DNA of 64,000 bases from Octopus sinensis (Eukaryota): positions 2,294,001-2,358,000 of the forward strand of contig NC_043015.1 in assembly GCF_006345805.1 (NCBI RefSeq), read 5' to 3'. Positions 13,579-29,654 of this stretch are shown piece by piece. How positions within the stretch are numbered: the stretch's first letter is position 1; each line of letters opens with the position of its first letter. The notes under the pieces were generated by a model. The model searched no databases, was not told where the DNA came from, and saw only the letters and a program-made list of their open reading frames with translations. The position numbers and the translations under genes are program-made.

Positions 13579-14791
13579 TATATATATAATATATATATAT
13601 TATATATATATACTATATATTATAATATATATACATATATATATATTATATATATATATAGATTATATATATATTTAAAACAATTATATATATATATATA
13701 TCAAAACAATTATCAAAACGCTACTCTCTTCAGTGCAATGATATTTTCTATTACTACAGTGAAGCACTCTCATGATAATCCATATGCTAACACAATGAAG
13801 AAAATAATATTCACGTATAAAGTTTCCGATTTCAAAATCGCGATTTTGTAATCGGAAACTTCCGAAATTACAAGATCTCCTGTTTACCAAGTCCCGACGG
13901 AATTGGAAGCCTGCGCGACAAATGCACACGAAGAGACAAAGAAAGACATTCGATGCTTTTGGATGCAACAACTTGCCCTCAACTATTAAGTCAAATTACT
14001 ATATGTGATGACCCTGGAAAATAATTTACAACCACATCCAAGAAATTCAGGTTTTTATGGAAAATATCAGAATTGCAGTGTTCAAAGGCTCTTGAAATTC
14101 TCAAATACAGGAAAACCTGTGATCTATACCAAATAATTAGCTTATGATGATAAAATCCATCATGAACATGATATGTTTTGGCTCTTCTCTGCTGAGAAAA
14201 TGTGGGGTGAATACAAACGTTCTAAGATGAGAATGTGACAGACGGTTATATGCAGATCTTTCAAACGTCTTCAGAATTTTGCACACTGAAGCTCCAATAA
14301 CTATGATGGTCTGAGGAATGGTGAATTTCAAGGATTATATTGTGCTACCAAACATCTTATCAAGTTGTCTGAAATGAAGTGCCGAAAAATATTGTTTAAT
14401 CTTAGGCTAATGAGGTTCGCCAGTACATATTTCTAATTGAACTGTCAAGAACAGCTTAGTTCTTTGAATATTTGTCACTGTTGAAATCAGATTCATTATA
14501 TAAACGTATTGAAAATATAACGAGATTTTGACGCTTATCACACCACATATATATACATACACATGGATACACATGCGCATGTGTATGTATGAATCAAAAG
14601 TGTGTTTATTGGTATATGTATATAAGTATGATATTGTAATTTTACAGTCTTCATTATTTAGGGTTCCATACTATGCATTCATATGGTCATCAGTCAAATA
14701 ATGAATTAAAATAGACCCTATCAACAACCAGGTAACACCCCGATATAGTCAGAAACTGACTCAAATAAGTAACAATATTATTAATCTCCTT

Positions 14792-15026
14792 AAGGTGGTT
14801 AGCTGGCAGAAACGTTAGCACGCCGGGCGAAATGCTCAGCGGTATTTCGTCTGCTGCTACGTTCTGAGTTCAAATTCCGCCGAAGTCGACTTTGTCTTTC
14901 ATCTTTTCGGTGTCGATAAATTAAGTAATAGTTACGCACTGGGGTCGATGTAATCGACTTAAACCCTTTTCCCGTCCTTCTTTTTCCTCTCTTTGTTTCG
15001 CCCCTTGTGTGCAATTAAGAAAAATA
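14792..15026 (+). mobile_element. tRNA-derived SINE family A
   Basis: AGCTGGCAGAAACGTTAGCACGCCGGGCGAAATGC...GAGTTCAAATTCCGCC...GTCGATAAATTAAGT. Confidence 0.8.
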
Positions 15027-16737
15027 AACTTCAGCACGCCGGGGGAAAGGTTTAGAGGTATTTTTCTGTCTTTACCTTTTGAGTTCAAATTTCGCCGAGA
15101 TCCATCTTGCCTTTCATCGTTTCAAGTACCTAAACAAAGTACCAGTTGAGTACTGGGATCGATCGAATCGACTACGATGATACTCAGTACATTTTCTGTT
15201 GCCACTCAACGCTAAGAGGAAGAAAGAGAGTAAAACAGAACAATAACATTTTTGATTAGATTTTATAATATTCTTAATTTAGTGGGAAAAAAATGCACAT
15301 ATTATATTTGTAACTTAATGCTGCAAAGTAATAACTGATCAAAATTTATGACTTGTTGGAAAATGTGCAGTTTAATTTACAATTTGAATATTTGTTTGAT
15401 GTATATATAAAATTAACGATAAATATGATAGCAGTGAATCATTAAATTATTATTCAATATATTATTTTTTGATACACACACACACATGCACGTAAATATG
15501 TATTTATATATGTATTTATGTATGCATACACATATGATAACCACTTTCTATGATGTGCTCGTGTTTATAAAATTTGATCTTCCCATAACAATCTGCTCAT
15601 ATTCATATAGTTATGTATGCGTTTATCTCCCTCTCTGACCCTCTCTCTCTCTCGCTCTCTATGTATCATATATATATATATATATATATATATACTATAA
15701 ATTATATACTATATGTAAATTACGTTATTGGTCATTATGCTAATAACTTCTCATTCCTGCGATTAAATTGCCTCAAATTATGAAGTGATATTATTTACTG
15801 CTGGTTAGCACTTATTTTAGACAATATAAGCAATATACATATAATTAAACAATCAATAAGAATCTGTTGCATTATCCACCGAATTAAATTGCTCTGTTGC
15901 CTCCTTTAGACAAATATATCTCGCTTTTTTTAAGGAGGTTGTGTTTTATGCATGTATGGAAAAGAAAAATTATAATGATTGAAGAGTGACTGCATTCTGC
16001 GCTGCGAAAAACGTTGTTTAAAACGTGGGTAGTAATATTTAGAGTTGGAATTAGTAAAACCATATTTCATACGCAAGTCACTCGGATATCGCACTCAATA
16101 TATATTGTTCAATATTTTCGTCTTGCCAACAAATTTAACTAAGGTCTTTTTGACAATAAACCCCATGTAATAAGACTGAAATACATTTTCGGATATATCC
16201 GTTTACGTAGAACACATAACAATTTCTTTTGCCTTCCATGATGGATTGAGACGTTGCTATATATTATGGATGGGAATAACAGCGTTGGCATATCATGTAC
16301 GCAAACTTTATTGATATGGATCACCTCACACTGATGAACACAACCACGGTCAGAAGAACGATTCGGCAATACGTTTCTAGCATAGCTACTTCGCTATCGT
16401 ATTACTTGGCAACAACAAAAGTAAATACTTACTAATTCCTTACAAACGATACATCTTTATAGAGATTCGTGCCAAACTGACAGTCCGATAGCTATTTCAT
16501 ACACATAACACATTTCCTCTCTTTCAACAAGTTATAAAACGCGTATGCTCTCTGCATCTTCTGCAAATATATATGATTATGGCAGTGAGATTGCTGAAGT
16601 GAAAAGCTGACACAGCATGAAATAACAGAGAAAGAAACTCGTGTACACACGTACATACACACATTCCCAGACACCTAAGCTGTAGGCATAAGCATTTATA
16701 ACTCATGTATGTACATATTCATTTTAATGCACTTGGA

Positions 16738-16780
<43 letters not shown>

Positions 16781-16868
16781 GCATGCATAATACATACAAA
16801 CATACAATATGTATTATATATATAATGTGTGTGTGTGTATATATTGCAAATATATATATATATAATAT

Positions 16869-16900
<32 letters not shown>

Positions 16901-17052
16901 TCTGGTTTATGTCATGTACGTTTGTATATGCGAATATTTATGTTTACACATATATATATACGCATATACACTCACACTCCTGCACGCTTTATATGTATGT
17001 ATAAAATACATATATATATATATATAGATATGTTATATATGTATATATATAC

Positions 17053-17083
<31 letters not shown>

Positions 17084-17296
17084 TATATGTATAATGTATG
17101 TAATATATATATATATATATATTATATATACACGAATACATAGAGATCTATATTTGGATATGCATATACGTCTACATAGAAAGCTGTAGCCATATACGAA
17201 CATATGTATTTATGCATATATATATATATAATAAATATATATATATATATATTATATATATATATATATATTATATATTATAATATATATATAATA

Positions 17297-17347
<51 letters not shown>

Positions 17348-18241
17348 ATATCAGCATATATTCATACAGAAACCAACAAATACATTCAAAATTTAAAAAT
17401 CACATAGTAGTATAGCATGAGATAAAGTATTGTTTGTATGGAGAAGAAAAAAAAAGAGTATATATATATAATATAAAAAATAAATAAAAACCTTTATGAA
17501 AGAAGACATTGATATGAAGAAATCTATAACACTAAAGAAGATAATGGTTTGCAGGAACGTCAGATTTAACAGAGAAATAGATATAGATCTAGGAAGTAAG
17601 GCAAAGAAAGCAAATAAGATAAAGTCAAGTATCGTCTTGTATTAGAGTTTAGTTTTCAGATATCTCGTGTCTAATCATTCATTTTTCGCTATCTGATTAT
17701 TCATCATTTACAGACATTTATTGATTAATATATAATCTTGATGGGAGTTTTTTTTTTTAATGTAGGAGTTTCTAGCTTGATACATCTATTTTCTCGCTGA
17801 TAGATACGCATGGAAATATATGCACAGAGACGTACATACAAAATCGAAAACACACACGCACATATATGTATATATATATATATATACATATACACACACA
17901 CACACATATATATATATATATGCACACAAACAAACACATTCGTGCACATGTATATACATATACAACTCTGTGTAAATACACGTATAGCATGTGTAGAGAG
18001 TGCTAAGATTGTGCCAATATCTGGCAGTGTGTGTCTAAGTATGTATTTATAGGGTGTGTTCAAAAGATTACGCTTTTTATATCTAGATATAAATGCTTCT
18101 ATGTATGTATGTATGTATATATATAGATATATATATATATATATATATATATTTATTTATTCATATATATATATAGATATTTATTATTTATTCATATGTA
18201 TATATAGATATATATATATATATTTATATGTATAATATATG

Positions 18242-18282
<41 letters not shown>

Positions 18283-18838
18283 ATACATACATATACAAAA
18301 ATATATGTATATACATATATATATATCCGTATATACATATATAAAAACATATGCACACACACACATATATATATATATATATAAATTCATATATCTATTT
18401 ATACATATGCATACTTACTTATATGAATATATGTGTGTGTGTTTTTCTGTATGCGTGTAAATATATATATATATATATTACAATCATACACACATTTTCA
18501 TAATGATAGGGATGTGTACAATATGTTCACGTATGTTTTTATAAGCCAGTCTGTGTAAATATTTTACTAACACACACATACACAAACACACTCATACACA
18601 CATATATATTTATAAATACATATAGCTACGAACGCGCGTGATTCTATGTATGTGTGTGAATTACAAGATGTAAGAGCTGTTGTAAAGTCAAATATAATGG
18701 GTAGTTGCGAACACACTCACACCTGCTGGCAAAAATGATGTACACAATAGCACCCCTACACACACACACACACATCCACAGACACACAAATACCCACACA
18801 TTGCCAAGAAGGGATATACCTATAACGACATATATATG

Positions 18839-18927
<89 letters not shown>

Positions 18928-21900
18928 TGTAACATATATATATACATATGTATATAATATATATATATATATATGTATGTATGTATATAAGTCTTTGTTT
19001 TTGAGATAAGCATTTTCTATTTCAGCTCTTCTCGTCTCTTAAACTCGTGAAGCAGTTATGCAAATGTTTGATGTATAATTTATGCCTTGCTTGATCTCTG
19101 AAATATAACAAAGAAGAGCGGAATTAAGCACATACACATCCCCATGAACGTATCTGTATGTACGCATGTATGTAAATGTGCACATAATAAATACCTGCGT
19201 ATAAACATGTGTGTATATGTGCCTATTGATATAAATGCATATGGATATATATATATATATATATAAGCATGGATGCTTATATATAAATGTATATCTAAAT
19301 ATATGCTTGAATGCTTATATATAAATATATATTATATATATATGTATGTGTGTGTATGTGTGTGCGTATGTGTGTGTGTGCGTGTGCATAAGTATGTATG
19401 AATTTATGTGTATATATGTGTGTGTACTTTCACTATGTGACGAAATTATACGTAGAAAATAATATATGTTCTGTATTCCATATGCGTTATTGTATTCTGG
19501 TTTTGTTACTAACTTGTAACTGATTTCAACATTGAATGTAAGGAAATAGAGAATATTCGAACTAATGCCCGAAAATTTAGTTTGAACATTTATGCCTGGA
19601 TTATCTGAGGTGCTTCATAGATTTGGGAATATGTTTCAGGAAGTAATTGGTATAAAGATATCATTATATATTCTGCATCGTCTCTCACATTTCATATTTT
19701 TCTATATAACTCACTGTGATGTGTTTCCATCTCTCTGCTTCTAGATGCAGGACGACAGTCATGTAACTCGCTCGTTTGCTAATTATTTTAGATGACCATA
19801 TTGGTCACACTGCAAATATATTCGTGCGTATATGTGCGTGCTTTCAAGTGCGCGTGTCAGTGTGTGCCTGTGTGTGAAAAATTAATTATTCATTTTCGGT
19901 CTTTACGTGTCGTCAATTGAATGGATGAATTTTCTCCCTTTCAATTCATTAGTACGACTCCAATTCCCGAGGCAATTGAAGACATTTGCCTCGTATTTAA
20001 GCTCCCTGCGGTTTTGAAGCGTGCGGAATTATTCCTAACCTAAGTCGTATATGTCCTTAAGTTAAAATTGGTTCTTCGGCAATTAAATGTAACTTCTAAT
20101 ACTCATGATATTAAAAAAACTGAACCATTGATATCAAATTGAGTCTACCCTTTTTTGCTATCCTCTAGTATATCCCGAAAATCGCATTTCTACATATTGG
20201 GTATTGTTTTAATTTATTGCTAACAGGAATAAATTTTATTCCATTTAATGCTTTTTTTTTCTGTGAAATCGTACGAAGTGTACATGATATGAATAAGAGT
20301 TAACTTCATTTTTCATATATTAATGATTATCATCATTCTTAAGGCCTTAAATGCATGTAGTTAACAGATTATGGATTACTGACATTTCTTCTGATAGAAA
20401 ACCACAGCTATATTTCCTATCGTTGCCATATTATGTATGACGCTAATTTCAGTTATCTCCATTTACTGATATATAAGATTGTTTTCCTTTTTCTATATTT
20501 TCTCCGTTGTTTTCGGTGCTTTGAGTTATATCTCTTTCTACCTTCACTCTCTGTTTTGCACGTTCGCTCAATTACTACATCGCTCTCTTCCCATCTCTAT
20601 ATATTGCGAACCGTTTGCTCTCATTAATTTCTTCTTACTTAAGTATTGCCCTTCTAAAAACGTGGAAACAGTGTTCTCAAGAAGCTAGATTACAAATCAT
20701 TTCTAATGGCAATATATCTGCTCGTAAATTTACTTTCAAATTGTTTTATACTTATCTGAACATATATAAACAGACAGAAAGACTTTAATTGATACAGGGT
20801 TATAGAAAAATATATTGCACTAAACTTGTTTAACAACATAGCTATAAGCCAGCACTAACTTTGCTTGTCTAACTTTTATTTAAGTCATGAAAGCGGTGGG
20901 ATGGCGGAATTGTTAGCCATCAGGGCAAAATTCTTAGCGGCATTTCGGCCGTTTTCGCGTTTTGAGCTCAAATTTCGTCGGGGACGATGTTGATTTTTAC
21001 TCTTCGGGGTGGATAAAATAAGTGCTTGTTGAAAACTGTAGACGAGTTAATCAACTTAACCCCTATCCTAAATCTGCTAGCCTTGTGCCAAAACCTGAAG
21101 CCAACATTTATTAAAGCAATAATGTTAATACCTGTTACGTGACAACTGATTATTGCTATGACAACGCATCCAAGATTGATTTCCAATAATCTGTTTATTG
21201 AACTAAATCCTGTAGAGTTTTGAAGATTATTCCATTTGATATGATCAAATGTAACGTGAGAAATCCTTAGAATAAAGCAAAGCTATTGTGTTTAAAGAGT
21301 CTTCTAGCTCGGCTTCCTTTTATGTATCAGCAAAGTTGTGAACATGCATCTCAACTCCTACAAGTGTATGACGCCCACGTTTCGGAGAATATGCTGTGAT
21401 GGTCGATATGTTTGAATAATGCTTTTATATTTTCATGTACCGACTCAGTCACATTTCCAAAATAGCAGAAAACTTTTGGATTAAATTGTGTATATTTTAC
21501 AATCCAGATTCTCTTCCTTGTTCTTCATCGTTTGCATTCAAGTTGTATATTTTATTAGGAATGTTTATGAGCCAGATTTTCCCTGGTTTCTATTTATTTT
21601 CAGATATGTGTTATTTAAACCACTTGAGACCATAATTTACCCGCAAGAATTCTCCTGTTCTGTTGCATATTTTCTTTGAACGTGATCGAAACTTTTCATT
21701 GTGACATGTTCAATGCATAAAGTTTGCCTGATGGACGTAAATTCTTCGTTTTATTTCGTTTTCTTTCACAGAAAACGTTTTATTTGAATTACCTTACATC
21801 CTTCTTTCTCGATAGATTTCCATAGGGATTTGTAAAAATTAGGCTTACAAAGTGTTAGTATACCTGATGTGGGATGACTGATCTACATGCTCCCTTGAAA

Positions 21901-24249
21901 CATGCAGTGTTAATTATGTAAGTGTATTATCGCATAGAATTGCAAGAGTCATCTTTACATTACGGAAGAGTTCCCTCTTGTTTGGGCTTCAGAAATCTAA
22001 TTTGCTGTTCTCTGTCAGCAGATGATTTATGCCATGAACTGGATGAAGGTGAGATCAAGCGATGATTCCGCCAGTTATATGTGATGCAATTTGCTATTGG
22101 AAGAGGAAATTTATACAGTGGTAGCGCAGTCATATTATAAACCAACGTCTTTTTGCAATGCAATATACGTTGTGTTATAATTTATCTTCTTAATATGTAG
22201 GATGTGGTAATGACCATCAATAAGAGACCCTCTCGGAGCGGTGATGTTTGACGTTGATGCAAATAAGGTTCAGTTACTTGTGCTGCATGCAGAAAAAAGA
22301 TAGAGACGGGGGAACCGCAAGAAGGAAGTAAAAAAGTATATATATATAGGTACAATGTTTAGTGTGTAGCAATTTTGTTGGTATCGTAGGGTGCGTGATA
22401 ATTGAAGGAGCGATTTGTGATTTGCTTTAACTGAATGGAAGATGAATTATACTAGCTAGGTTTCACTAATAGATACTATTATAATAATGATAAAAATGCA
22501 CAATCACAGCGAGAGAGAGAGAGAGAGAGAGCGAGCGAGAAGGGGAGAGGTGCATGCTTATGGAAAAAATGCTGAAAAGTGATCAGGTCAGTGTTCCATG
22601 GCCAGATATTCGACTGTCTCTGAATTTGAACGTCTGGATATGATCTTGGTTTTTTGTGTCTTATAACTGTACCGTTAAAAAGTAGCCGTACTATGCTGCA
22701 TTCTGCATCACGATATCGTAATAATTATCATGAGTGGGTAAGCTTTTGAGTGCATGCTATACATCCTCGCAAGTTCACTTTTTAATGCAGAATGAAAACT
22801 ATCTTTTTTATCAATATGTGTGTTGTTTTATTCGTTCCTGGGAATGCCATGCACCCAATTTAATTTTAAGGAGCAAAGATTTCAACGAACGAGAATTTAT
22901 TTCATTTTGAATTCAGTTCTAACATACACCGGTGTTCATAAGTGCATGATGCTTTTCCCGCAATGTAATATATTGGGTGAATGATGTTAGTGTATAAGAT
23001 AATGTGACTATGTGTACTGATGTGGATATCTTTTCAATTACTTTACCTGCCAGGTAAGTTGCTGGATCCAATAAAGGCAACTATAACACAAGTTGCTCTG
23101 TAGAGATATCGAAATCGGAAAATGTGGTTATCAAAAGATATTGATATATAACCATTTGTGACTCTAACCGTACGTATTTCACTTGTAATGCATGTATATA
23201 TGTATGTATGCATGCATGTAAATAATATATATATATATATGTGTGTATGTATGTACGCATGTATCTATCTAGCTATTCATTTATCTACCTTTATGTAAAT
23301 GCCTATACACACACATAAATATATCAATTTTTATATATACGTACATGGATACATCCAAACACACAAACACGTACAAGCATATATGTCAAAGGATATCCCT
23401 GTTTCTTCTATATATTTAACACCATCTCTAATAATCTGTATATATGTGCGTGTATATTATGCGTGTATATTCGTACGTTTGATTGCGTATTTGAAGGACT
23501 TCCTATTCATAATTCTAAATATATATTTTAATTATTCATCTTTTTTCTATATATACAGCATTTTCTGCATTCCAGACTCTCCATCTCTCACTTAGCGTTT
23601 TTATCCCTCTCTGATCCTCTCATTTTCTCTCCCTCTCTCTAACTCTATTACTGTATTCCTCTGCGTCACAATACCTCTGACTTCTTCACTCTTCGTTTGT
23701 ATTCCTCACTCGATTGTTTCTTCGCATCATTATTTTATATCATGAAGCCTCTACGCACCGCTATAATCTCACATTTTCTCTACACGTCCATTCGCATTCA
23801 TGCATGAATTTCACTCATTATTCCATCTTCCATTTAATATTTCTTTCATGATTTACAACTGTCTCCCCATCACTGTATTACTCCTTCTCTGCCTCACACA
23901 ATAAACTACACTTCTCTGTTTAGCTCAAGTATTTGATTTGATTATATCCAACTCACGGTATAATTTTTTAAAAGAATTCTGTTATTGTATTTCACAAGAC
24001 CTTTCGTTTCATGACGAACACTTCCTCCCAAATCATATTCAGTATCAATGTCTATTCATATTTATTTTGGTTTTTGTGAAATATCTCTCTAAGTCGGATC
24101 TCAGTGTGAACTAAGCCTCAAGAAAGTGATCTATATTGAAATTGAAAACATTCAGCAACAAAATACATTTTACCCTGTCACACATTTACATTGACGCTCA
24201 TACACACACAGCATACATAAATATGTAGATATATATTATATAATAATAT

Positions 24250-25294
<1,045 letters not shown>

Positions 25295-25474
25295 CATATA
25301 TATTATATGTATATATATATATATGTATATATAGATATATGTTATATGTTATATATATCATATATATATGTAATATATATATGTATTATTATATATGTCT
25401 ATATATCTATATATGTATATATCTATATATCTATATACTATATATATATATATATATTATATATATGTATGTAA

Positions 25475-25529
<55 letters not shown>

Positions 25530-25572
25530 AATATATATATATATTATATATATTATGTATATATAATATATA

Positions 25573-25630
<58 letters not shown>

Positions 25631-26023
25631 GTTTGTGTATAAATACACACACATATAATATACAACATAAAACAGGCACACCTATACATACTCCTGCATG
25701 CATACGCTTTGAGATTAGCAAAGGAAAGAATTGTCTGGCATATAGAGAATGATATACGTATGTGTACATGTATATATGTATATTCGTATGCGCGGCTGTG
25801 CGAGCCGATGCCAGCGTGCGTACGTACAAAATCGTATATTGTTTCTCTGTCACTGCTTGTCACATTTCCTAATGACTGTCGAAAGAAACGTGGGTTCAAT
25901 CTCCCAAAGCGTCTTGAAATCTGATTATGTTGACGCCATTGTGTTCTGATAGTTTGTGAATAGTAGGGTATTTTTCATGGGTTAAAAAATAAATATGCAA
26001 ATACATACAACCATATAGTATAA

Positions 26024-26132
<109 letters not shown>

Positions 26133-26241
26133 GTGTGTCTTTGTCAGTGTGTATGCGTGTTTGTGTGCGCGTGTATTTATTTATATGCATGTATATAAGT
26201 ATGTATACATAATATACAGAGAGAGAGAGAGAGAGAGAGAG

Positions 26242-26323
<82 letters not shown>

Positions 26324-26580
26324 GCGGTCGCACGCACGTATATATAAATATCTTTACTACCCACAATGGGCTAAACAAAGAGAGGAACAAACAAGGACAG
26401 ACAAACGGATTAAGTCCATTACATCGACCACAGTGCATAACCGGTACTTTATTTATCGACCCCCGAAAGGATGAAAGGCAAAGTCGTGAATGTAGGTGCG
26501 CATGACTACACATACATACACATTGATAAACACGTGTCTATCTACGAACGTGCATGTGTTTATGTATATACTCTATTATC

Positions 26581-26781
26581 ATTTTACTAGTTTCAGTCAT
26601 TTCACTGCAGCCATGCTGGAGTGATGCCTCTAGTCGAACCAGTCATTCTTGTAAGCCTGGTGCTTATGATATCGGTTTCTTTTGCTGAACCGCTAATTTA
26701 CGTGGTCGTAAATATAACAACTTCGGTCGACAAGCGATGAGGTGAGGACAAGTACAGACACACAAATTCATACGGATATGT

Positions 26782-26849
<68 letters not shown>

Positions 26850-27014
26850 CGACGGGCTTCTTTTACTTTCCGTCTCCGAAATATACTCGCAAAGCTTTGG
26901 TCGGACAGTATCTATAATAGAACGCACCCACTCAAGGTGCCACGCACTGGGACTGAACACGGATCCATGTGGTTAGGAAGCAAGCTTCTTCCCACACACC
27001 CAATCCTGAGCCTT
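26581..27014 (-). mobile_element. tRNA-derived SINE family B (diverged)
   Basis: Reverse-complement homology to 2376-2785. Confidence 0.75.
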
Positions 27015-27339
27015 ACGTATATATTTTATATATACGATTTGTTTTTATTCATGTAAACATTTCGCCAATCACAGAGCAGCAATCAATCAATCCGCAACAA
27101 TACGCTTCAAATCCCTTAGTTACAGTTAACTGGAGCAACTGATTTGCATACTATACGAGGAAATCTATTAAATACCAAATCAAACACTCCATATACGTAT
27201 CTCTCAAACTATGTGTCTATGATTCTATTTTTCTATTTGTCTATGTTTGCTTGTATGTATGTATATATGTATGTATGCATATATGCATGCATGCATGTAT
27301 GTAAGTATGTATGCATGTAATTATGTAACTGCTTGTCTG

Positions 27340-28240
<901 letters not shown>

Positions 28241-28708
28241 AGGCCTATTTTTGTGTTATAGCTGCAAAAACATCACAAAGCATTGTCGTTCTAGCTACTT
28301 TTAAAATCCTTACATATGACTCGTCCCAAAGAATCGAACTTTAAAGAAGTATTTTTGCTTCTACTAGCGAAAGGTATACGCATCTTTCAGACAGCTCTAT
28401 AGCAATTTAACTTTGTGCAGCATTCGTTGCCAGCTTATGCGTAGGTTATGTGCAAAAACAGAAGAAAAGTGCTTTTGTTTGCTTATCTCTCCTAAAAATA
28501 GCTCCCTGTTGAAAAAAAATCGCAGGAGGAAAATTTTAACGTCTTCCTTCAATTCCATTGCACCATTTATGGGGCTTTTCTGACGCGCACATATATATAT
28601 ATACATACCCACCCACACACACACATATAAATATACATGCACACACATATACACACAAAATATATATATATATAATATATATACACACACACAGACATAC
28701 AACAACAC

Positions 28709-28773
<65 letters not shown>

Positions 28774-28808
28774 TATGTATAAGGGTGAAAAGGAACACAC
28801 GAGTTGAT

Positions 28809-29138
28809 ATATATGAAAAAACAACTAAAAATAGAAAATGCTAAAATAATTTTATAGTGAACATTTCAGTACCGGTTTTCGGTCATTTTGAGACCTTTTC
28901 AACTGTAACGATTAATAATTAAATTTAGAAAATTAGAAGAAAAGTTTTTTTAAAAGAATATTTCTATAGTAGTGTTCAGATTTAAGTGGCATTCTGCCTT
29001 TCTCTGACTCCTTGTTTGCACTTGTGTGTTCGAGGTAGTTGTGAGTTCTTGGTAGGGTAGTAGAGGGAAGGCTGGTGAGGAAAGGGGGGTGGGAGAATCT
29101 GGGAGTGCCCTGATGGTCGTATTTTGAATGGTCAGTGG
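28809..29138 (-). repeat. PLE 3' pseudo-LTR (left arm of inverted repeat)
   Basis: Reverse complement of 32040-32372 with only scattered substitutions and indels. Confidence 0.9.
28863..28910 (-). ncRNA. Type I hammerhead ribozyme, U3-A8 variant (left pLTR copy, one extra A)
   Basis: Reverse complement reads CGTTACAG TTGAAAA GGTC TCAAAAT GACC GAAAA CCGG TA CTGAAAT. Confidence 0.6.
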
Positions 29139-29654
29139 CGGCTGGCAGTCTCAGTTCAATTCAGGAGAATATTTATATTGACAGGCTTGTTTATAGAATT
29201 AGCGTAGGTGTTATACTAAAAACATTAGTGACAAACTTAAGGGGTAGGGGGTGGAGAAGAAGAATAAGAAGAAGAAGAAGAAGAAGAAGGAGAAGGAGAA
29301 AGAGAAGATGACGATGATGGTGATGGTGGTGATGATTATGACGACGATGATGATGATAACGATGATGATGAGAAGAAGAAGAAGAAGAAGGAGGAGAAGG
29401 AGAATGAGAAGATGGTGGTGATGATGGTGGCGATGATGATGATGCCGATGATGATGATAAAGATGATGATGAAGAAGAAGAGGAAGAAGAAGAAGAAGAA
29501 AAAACAGAGAAGGAAATATGAATGGGTGTAAATATAGCTATGAAGGGCTGATCAGTAATGGATTCTATGGAGTGTAGTATTTGTGTGTGTATGTATATAT
29601 ATATATATTTTTTTTTCTGTTTTCTAAAGTTGAGGTATATTAATTGTTTGTCGT

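Noticed and set aside
16325-16385. CTGATGA followed later by CGTT
   Set aside because: No GAAA or stem II; likely chance.
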